Source: Saprospiraceae bacterium (GTDB lineage: Bacteria; Bacteroidota; Bacteroidia; Chitinophagales; Saprospiraceae). From it: 64,000 bases of DNA. Of the stretch, positions 58,700-64,000 are shown piece after piece. Location: assembly GCA_043781915.1 (NCBI GenBank), contig JAYWBA010000187.1, positions 931-64,930 on the forward strand. The letters run 5' to 3'. Under the pieces are notes generated by a model. That model worked only from the letters and a program-made list of their open reading frames with translations, was not told the origin of the DNA and made no database searches. The stretch's first letter is position 1. Each line of letters opens with the position of its first letter. Made by a program: the position numbers and the translations under genes.

Positions 58700-58783
58700 T
58701 TAATGGTTAATGGTTAATTATTAATGGTTAATCTTAGTGTTAATCTTGTTCATTAACCATTAACCATTAGAAATTAACCATTA
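58700..58783. repeat. Heptamer-word hairpin (AATGGTT/TTAACCA words)
   Basis: TTAATGGTTAATGGTTAATTATTAATGGTTAATC pairs with CATTAACCATTAACCATTAGAAATTAACCATTA. Lies between pheA and the aminotransferase. Confidence 0.85.
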
Positions 58784-59668
58784 TGAAAACGCTTTATAAA
58801 CTCCTAAAACTTCCAATGAAACCGTTTCAGCGTGTAATAATTTCAAAATATCGTTCAAACCATCCATATTATCAAGCGTAAAATCGCAAAAGAACATATA
58901 GTTCCAAGGGTTATCCATCACTGGAACGGATTGTATTTTTGTCAAGTTGCACGCGTTATCGGCTAAAATAGCGAGCACTTTGTGCAAGCTGCCACTTGTG
59001 TGTTGGGTTGTAAAAACAATAGAGGCTTTATTAGCCGAACTTAAATCTGTTTTAATACCTGAATCGCTGCGCGCAATGAGTAAAAAGCGTGTGAAGTTTT
59101 TCTTGTAGGTTTCAATGCTTTCTGCCAAAATGTGTAAACCATACAATCGCGCTGCTTCTTCCGATGCAATCGCAGCTATATGACTCAAATTGCCTTGCTT
59201 TATATTGCGCGCAGCCAAAGCCGTATCAGTTGTAGTGACCACCTGTATGAAAGGATATTTTTTTAGGAAATCGGTGCATTGCTCAATCGCAATCGGGTGG
59301 GAGTGTACCTCTTCGAGTTCAAAAATACTGACTCCAGGCAAAGCCATTAAATTTTGGCGAATGCGCAAAAAGTATTCGCCATAAATTTTTAATTCCGAAT
59401 TGAAAAGCAAATTGTAATTTCTAAGCAAGCTACCAGCAATCGTGTTTTCAATTGCCATCACCGCGCAATCTGCTTCTCCGCGTTCTACATTGCCAATTAA
59501 ATCGTCGAAAGTAGGTGATTCCACAATTTCAGCATGGTCAGCATCGACAAAATGCAGCGCTGCTTCGTGGTGAAATGCACCTTCCACGCCTTGAATGGCG
59601 ATACGTACTTTTTTATCCTGTCCGCTTTTGTGCTGCTGCGCCGCAGCAATGCGTTCTGTTAAGAGCAT
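58781..59668 (-). CDS. pheA: Prephenate dehydratase
   Basis: IAIQGVEGAFH, ENTIAGS, C-terminal ACT domain (SIVFTTQHTSGSLHKVLAILA, ESRP-like region). Confidence 0.85.
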   Translation of the reverse strand: MLLTERIAAAQQHKSGQDKKVRIAIQGVEGAFHHEAALHFVDADHAEIVESPTFDDLIGNVERGEADCAVMAIENTIAGSLLRNYNLLFNSELKIYGEYFLRIRQNLMALPGVSIFELEEVHSHPIAIEQCTDFLKKYPFIQVVTTTDTALAARNIKQGNLSHIAAIASEEAARLYGLHILAESIETYKKNFTRFLLIARSDSGIKTDLSSANKASIVFTTQHTSGSLHKVLAILADNACNLTKIQSVPVMDNPWNYMFFCDFTLDNMDGLNDILKLLHAETVSLEVLGVYKAFS

Positions 59669-59681
59669 AGTTAAAATAAAA

Positions 59682-59707
59682 AAAGAGTTCCAGTTGAGGA
59701 ACTCTTT
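59682..59707 (-). terminator. Attenuator-type intrinsic terminator in the pheA leader
   Basis: Minus strand AAAGAGTTCC-TCAACT-GGAACTCTTT followed by TTTTATTTT. It ends about 14 nt before the pheA ATG. Confidence 0.55.
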
Positions 59708-59760
59708 GTGTTAGCTGAATATATTTTTCCATTCACAATGCACGAATCCTCTATTACAAG

Positions 59761-59808
59761 TTAGGTTGTATAATAGAAGAAACTAAATCGAGAAGCAGTG
59801 TGAAACAT
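59761..59808 (-). CDS. Candidate leader peptide MFHTASRFSFFYYTT
   Basis: 15-codon ORF with consecutive Phe-Phe-Tyr-Tyr codons, located between a promoter-like element and the terminator hairpin. Confidence 0.45.
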   Translation of the reverse strand: MFHTASRFSFFYYTT

Positions 59809-59827
59809 TATTTTATTATTTATGGTG

Positions 59828-59858
59828 CAAAGGTAATAGGTTAGTTTAAATTTCCAAA
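59828..59858 (-). promoter_or_regulatory. Bacteroidota-type promoter (TTTG-N19-TACCTTTG)
   Basis: Minus strand: TTTG at 59858-59855 and TACCTTTG at 59835-59828, with a 19-nt spacer. It sits about 20 nt upstream of the leader ATG. Confidence 0.45.
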
Positions 59859-59970
59859 TAAAATTACATTCTCGAATTATTTTAGCTATAAAAATATTAT
59901 GTTGATTTTTTTTAGCTATATTTGTAAGAGTTTAAAAAAGAGAAAAACTTTTTAAAAATCGGCAAATTGT

Positions 59971-62397
59971 ATGAACAAAGAATATGAAGAAGGCAGGAAA
60001 AAACTTGAAGAACTTATTGTTTGGAATAAGAAATTCGTTAATATAGATAGGAATGAAGATACAACTAGACTTCATTTAATTGACAGTCTCCTTTTTGATT
60101 GCCTAAACTGGAAAAAAGAAGATGTGATTACAGAAGAATCATTTGATGCAGAGTTCACCGACTACACTCTTCGTCTCCCACGCCCTTCAATTATTGTCGA
60201 AGCTAAAAGAGAGGGAAATTATTTTGAACTTCCTTCAGGTAAGAATAGAACTGAATATAATCTTTCAAATTTATGCAGGGATAATCCTGATTTAAAAAAA
60301 GCAGTCGAACAAGTTTCTGCATATTGCCAAAAAAGGGGTACCGAAATTGCAATTATTTCTAATGGTTGGCAATTAGTCTCGTTTGTTGCTGTTAGACTTG
60401 ATGGAATACCTCCTATCGAAGGTAAAGCTCTAGTTTATGACTCTTTAGAAAATATGTTAAGTAGGTTTACAGAATTTTGGAATCATTTATCATACGATGG
60501 TATAAGTAAAAAAATTCTAAAAACTCGATTATGTGGTACAATTATACCAGAATTGCCTACAAAACTATCTAGTATTATCTCAAATTACCCAGGTATCAAG
60601 AATAGAAATTCAAATCAAGCGGATTTACAAGTTTTAAGCGAAATAGTTTTTGAAGATGTTATAAAAACAGGGGAATTAGAGACAATATTTCTAGAAGAAT
60701 GCTACTGTAATGCTGGCGCTTTATCAAATTATTCTTCTCTTAGTAAAGATATTTTAAAACTAAGATATGAAAACTTTTTTGATACAGACTCTGAGAGTTT
60801 AGCCTTATCACCCGCATCAGGAAAAAAAGGTATTAATGAAGAACTAGTTAATGTTACCGCACAAAGCTTAAGCAGAAGACCAATTTTACTAATAGGTGAC
60901 GTTGGAGTTGGCAAATCGACTTTCATTAATTATTTAATAAAAGTCGAAGCTAAAGAAATTTTTGAAAACTGCATCACTTTTAAAATTGATTTAGGAAGTC
61001 AAGCTATTCTAGCTTCTAACTTGAATGAAGCTATTGTAGAAGAAATAATTAAGCAACTTTTAGACAATTACGATATAGATATTTTTGAAAACCACTTTGT
61101 TAGAGGTATTTATCATGGTGATTTTGAAAGATTTAAAAGGGGGGTTTACAAACCTTATTTCGAAAATAATCATGAAAAATCAATAGAAATTTCGATAGAA
61201 TTTTTTATTGAAAAGCAAAGAAATAAAGTAGAACATTTAAAAAACGCACTATTTCATCTCGCTAAAGGAAGAAAAAAACAAATTGTAATTTTTATAGACA
61301 ATTGCGATCAAAGAGAATATGACATTCAGCAGAAAGCTTTTTTAATTTCCAACGAAATAGCTGAACATTGGCAACCAGTAACTATTTTTTTAGCTTTACG
61401 TCCAGAAAGTTTTCATAATTCATTAAAAAAAGGATCTTTAACAGGATATCATCCCAAGGCATTTACGATTGCTCCGCCGAGAATTGATTTGGTAATTGAA
61501 AAAAGATTGGATTTTGCTAGAAAAATAGCAGAGGGAGAAATTCCATTGTCCCAATTCAATAAATCCGAAAATAAAGTTGGTATTCAATTATCGAATTTAA
61601 GTACTCTAATTCACGTTCTTATTTTTTCTTTGGAGAAGAATAAAGAACTACACAAATTTATTGAAGATATTTCTTGCGGAAATGTTCGGAAAGCTGTTGG
61701 GATGATTACTAATTTTTTGGGGAGTGGACATGTTGACACTAAAAAAATTATTCAAATTCAAGGAAATGGGGATAATTACATAATACCTCTGCATGAATTT
61801 TTTAACGCGGTAATTTATGGAGACAATATTCATTTTGACCCTAACAGTTCGCAAGTTTCAAATATTTTTGACATAAAATTTGACGATCCTAAGGAACATT
61901 TTTTAACACCAATTGTTTTAAGTATACTTGAATCACAATTGCAAGCTGTTAATAATAATGGATTTTTTGAAACATCTATTCTATCTAATCATTTGCAAAG
62001 TTTAGGATTTACAATCGATCAAATTGATATTGTATTAAGCGATTTAATTGAGAAGAATTTAATCGAGACCTCGGCTAGGGGTAGAGCCTTCACAAAAATT
62101 AATTTACCTCCGATGTTAAGACTCACTTCAACTGGCTCATATCATATCAATAATCTTTGTTCTTATTTCCCATATATTGATGCTATAATTGTCGATACTC
62201 CGATTTTCAAAGAAGCAAAAAATGAAATTAAAGATATTCATGGGATTATAAACAGGCTAGAAAGAGTTATTGTTTTCAAAAACTATCTCGATGAAATTTG
62301 GAAAAAATTTGATTCTCAGAAAACTTTTTTTAATTGGTCATCTAAATCAATTGAACTCCAAGCTGATATAAATAAAATTAAAGCAAAGCAATCTTAA
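59971..62397 (+). CDS. Fusion protein: HsdR-N/Mrr-like PD-(D/E)xK nuclease domain + P-loop NTPase + uncharacterised C-terminal region
   Basis: N-terminus NEDTTRLHLIDSLLFDCLNWKKEDVITEESFDAEFTDYTLRLPRPSIIVEAKREG...AVEQVSAYCQKRGTEIAIISNGWQLVSF. Walker A LLIGDVGVGKSTF. Walker B VIFIDNCDQRE. Visibly A+T-rich. Confidence 0.7.
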   Translation: MNKEYEEGRKKLEELIVWNKKFVNIDRNEDTTRLHLIDSLLFDCLNWKKEDVITEESFDAEFTDYTLRLPRPSIIVEAKREGNYFELPSGKNRTEYNLSNLCRDNPDLKKAVEQVSAYCQKRGTEIAIISNGWQLVSFVAVRLDGIPPIEGKALVYDSLENMLSRFTEFWNHLSYDGISKKILKTRLCGTIIPELPTKLSSIISNYPGIKNRNSNQADLQVLSEIVFEDVIKTGELETIFLEECYCNAGALSNYSSLSKDILKLRYENFFDTDSESLALSPASGKKGINEELVNVTAQSLSRRPILLIGDVGVGKSTFINYLIKVEAKEIFENCITFKIDLGSQAILASNLNEAIVEEIIKQLLDNYDIDIFENHFVRGIYHGDFERFKRGVYKPYFENNHEKSIEISIEFFIEKQRNKVEHLKNALFHLAKGRKKQIVIFIDNCDQREYDIQQKAFLISNEIAEHWQPVTIFLALRPESFHNSLKKGSLTGYHPKAFTIAPPRIDLVIEKRLDFARKIAEGEIPLSQFNKSENKVGIQLSNLSTLIHVLIFSLEKNKELHKFIEDISCGNVRKAVGMITNFLGSGHVDTKKIIQIQGNGDNYIIPLHEFFNAVIYGDNIHFDPNSSQVSNIFDIKFDDPKEHFLTPIVLSILESQLQAVNNNGFFETSILSNHLQSLGFTIDQIDIVLSDLIEKNLIETSARGRAFTKINLPPMLRLTSTGSYHINNLCSYFPYIDAIIVDTPIFKEAKNEIKDIHGIINRLERVIVFKNYLDEIWKKFDSQKTFFNWSSKSIELQADINKIKAKQS

Positions 62398-62419
62398 ATT
62401 AGTTTCTAATTCTTGGAAT

Positions 62420-63037
62420 TTAAAACTCAATATTCTCATAAATATCTTCCAGCGCGATTTCGATGCCGAGCGAGCGTAAAGCTATGGTTTTATTCAAATC
62501 ATTTACAATTTCAGTTTCCCAACGATTATTGCTAACTATTAGTCTTGACTCAACTTGTGGTTTATTTTGCTCTATTAAAACATATTCTTTGAAAGAAGCT
62601 AATGTTTTATAGGCTTCAAATTTTTCGTCTCTGTCAAAATTTCGCGTGCCTTTCGATGCGACTTCAACAATTAAAATAGGGTTTGTAAGCAAACTTTTAG
62701 AACCGAATTTATACTCCAACTTTTCAAAGACGACTAAAACATCTGCATAAAATACAGCGTCAATTTCTGAAATATAAATACCCAAATTGCTATCAAAAAC
62801 TCTAAATTTCTTATTTGCGTTTTTGATAGCGTTTTTAATAGCAAATCCTGTGTTTATAGTTATTTCGCTGTGGCTACTTGTTCCTCCTGCCATAAGTTTG
62901 ATTTCTCCGTTATAGTATTCGTGTTTGTGTTTTGATTTTTCTTCGCGTGCGAGGTACTCCTCTAACGTGTAACGTTTCGGTTCTGAAACTTTCTTTTTTT
63001 CTGGCAATGATGCAATCGCAGATGTCATACGGTTCAA
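62420..63037 (-). CDS. Uma2-family (DUF820) endonuclease
   Basis: EYYNGEIKLMAGGTSSHSEI, ADVLVVF, PILIVEVASKGTRNFDRDEKFEAYKTLASFKEYVLIEQ. Confidence 0.75.
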   Translation of the reverse strand: MNRMTSAIASLPEKKKVSEPKRYTLEEYLAREEKSKHKHEYYNGEIKLMAGGTSSHSEITINTGFAIKNAIKNANKKFRVFDSNLGIYISEIDAVFYADVLVVFEKLEYKFGSKSLLTNPILIVEVASKGTRNFDRDEKFEAYKTLASFKEYVLIEQNKPQVESRLIVSNNRWETEIVNDLNKTIALRSLGIEIALEDIYENIEF

Positions 63038-63191
63038 ATTTTATTCAAAATTACGGTTAAAATATTTAATCGCCAAATGGGAAATAAATATCAACCTCTT
63101 ATTGCGTTTGAGAGCGTTTGAGCGAGAGATTGAAACTTTCAATTCCTTTAATTTTTTCATTTGGATTTTAAATGAGAGAAAAAACGTTTTG

Positions 63192-63314
63192 TTAAACGTA
63201 ACTTTTGTTTTTATGTTTAAATTTGCAAGTCGAATCCATTAAACGTAACTTTTATTGTTATGTTTTCGGTTATCATTTACATTTTCAAAACATAACAACG
63301 TAAGTTACGTTTAA
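63192..63314. promoter_or_regulatory. Three copies of a ~27-bp box upstream of the Rrf2 regulator (candidate operators)
   Basis: TTAAACGTAACTTTTGTTTTTATGTTT (63192-63218), TTAAACGTAACTTTTATTGTTATGTTT (63239-63265), and an inverted copy at 63287-63314 containing the palindrome AACGTAA-G-TTACGTT. Confidence 0.5.
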
Positions 63315-63335
63315 TGAAATCAAAACATTTTTTCA

Positions 63336-63752
63336 ATGAATAGTAATTTCATTACAGCAACACACATTATGTGTTGTTTAGCTTCTGCACAAAAAGAAGG
63401 CGTTTTAGGTGTTTCACCAAAAATAGCAAGAACATTATCCATCAATGTGGTAGTCGTTCGCAAATTAGCCGCTCTTTTGGTAAATAAAGAATTGGTTATC
63501 GCGCTTAGCGGATCGGGCGGCGGATATAGACTGGCAAAAAAAGCCGAACTCATAACGTTGAAAGATATATTCGAGGCAGTTGAAGAGCCTGATGCTGATT
63601 TTTGGGGACAAAAAAAGATATCACTCAAAGCAAAAATGGCAAATTCTACCATTGGTAGTTTGCAATCAACTGTAGAATCTAAACTCGCAAAAGCAAAAGA
63701 AGATATGTTGCATTCATTGAGTTTAGTTTCGTTAGGTGAAATTGCGAACTAA
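63336..63752 (+). CDS. Rrf2-family transcriptional regulator
   Basis: Winged-HTH region SPKIARTLSINVVVVRKLAALLVNKELVIALSGSGGGYRLAK. Confidence 0.75.
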   Translation: MNSNFITATHIMCCLASAQKEGVLGVSPKIARTLSINVVVVRKLAALLVNKELVIALSGSGGGYRLAKKAELITLKDIFEAVEEPDADFWGQKKISLKAKMANSTIGSLQSTVESKLAKAKEDMLHSLSLVSLGEIAN

Positions 63753-63764
63753 GCGCGTAGATTA

Positions 63765-63844
63765 ATTTTCCCGCAAATTACTCAGATTATGCAGATTTTT
63801 TTTAGCGAAAATCTGCATAATCTGAGTAATCTGCGGAAAATTCC
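63765..63844. terminator. Long hairpin between convergent genes
   Basis: ATTACTCAGATTATGCAGATTTT pairs perfectly (23 bp) with AAAATCTGCATAATCTGAGTAAT. The stem extends further with mismatches. Confidence 0.75.
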
Positions 63845-63848
63845 TTAA

Positions 63849-64000
63849 CTACAACTCCGAAAAATTCAAAACTAATTCAGAGATAGGTTTGCGCGAACGG
63901 GACACTAACTCGCGGTCTTTCAATGGCTCACCCAATTGTTCAGGACTACCCAAATAACCAAGCGCAATACACGCAATCGGTTCAAAACCTTCGGGCAAAT
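63849..64000 (-). CDS. Nitroreductase-family protein, C-terminal part (continues beyond the window)
   Basis: Minus-strand translation LPEGFEPIACIALGYLGSPEQLGEPLKDRELVSRSRKPISELVLNFSEL*. Confidence 0.55.
   Translation of the reverse strand, partial: LPEGFEPIACIALGYLGSPEQLGEPLKDRELVSRSRKPISELVLNFSEL

Overview
This 64 kb window looks like a low-GC chromosomal segment of a Bacteroidota-type genome. Supporting signs are a T9SS C-terminal sorting domain, a GYDIA-type GHMP kinase, a DUF3078 barrel, three ECF sigma factors and a TTTG-N19-TAnnTTTG promoter. I saw about 60 credible CDS. I did not recognise any rRNA, tRNA, CRISPR array, transposase or integrase, but I could not scan for tRNAs systematically.

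Most of the window is housekeeping:
- DNA maintenance: uvrC, xth, parC.
- Metabolism: panD and the aromatic amino-acid operon pheA-aminotransferase-tyrA-aroG/chorismate mutase.
- Peptidases: HtrA, M1, M16, M28 and S15 families.
- Others: MoxR, an HscA-like Hsp70, and envelope proteins.

Several small A+T-rich accessory islets interrupt this backbone:
1. Two diverged paralogous two-gene modules, an ABC/AAA-type ATPase followed by a translationally coupled DUF4276 Toprim-like protein (31517-33243 and 52571-54375). I read these as split OLD/PARIS/AbiL-like candidate defence systems and consider them the most interesting content. The second abuts a truncated xisI remnant.
2. A single-gene fusion of an HsdR-N/Mrr-type PD-(D/E)xK nuclease domain to a P-loop NTPase (59971-62397), next to a Uma2 endonuclease. 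A decayed Uma2 copy lies at 47.2 kb.
3. A ~3.7 kb islet (HEPN-MNT toxin-antitoxin pair, AraC regulator, cupin) bounded by the live uvrC 3' end and a decayed duplicate of that same end.

Other notable signals:
- A Phe/Tyr leader-peptide attenuator upstream of pheA.
- A pervasive family of intergenic hairpins built from tandem heptanucleotide words.
- An ECF sigma factor coupled to a repeat-bearing protein that carries both an inner-membrane helix and a C-terminal outer-membrane barrel.

All family assignments come from motif recognition by eye. No searches were run.
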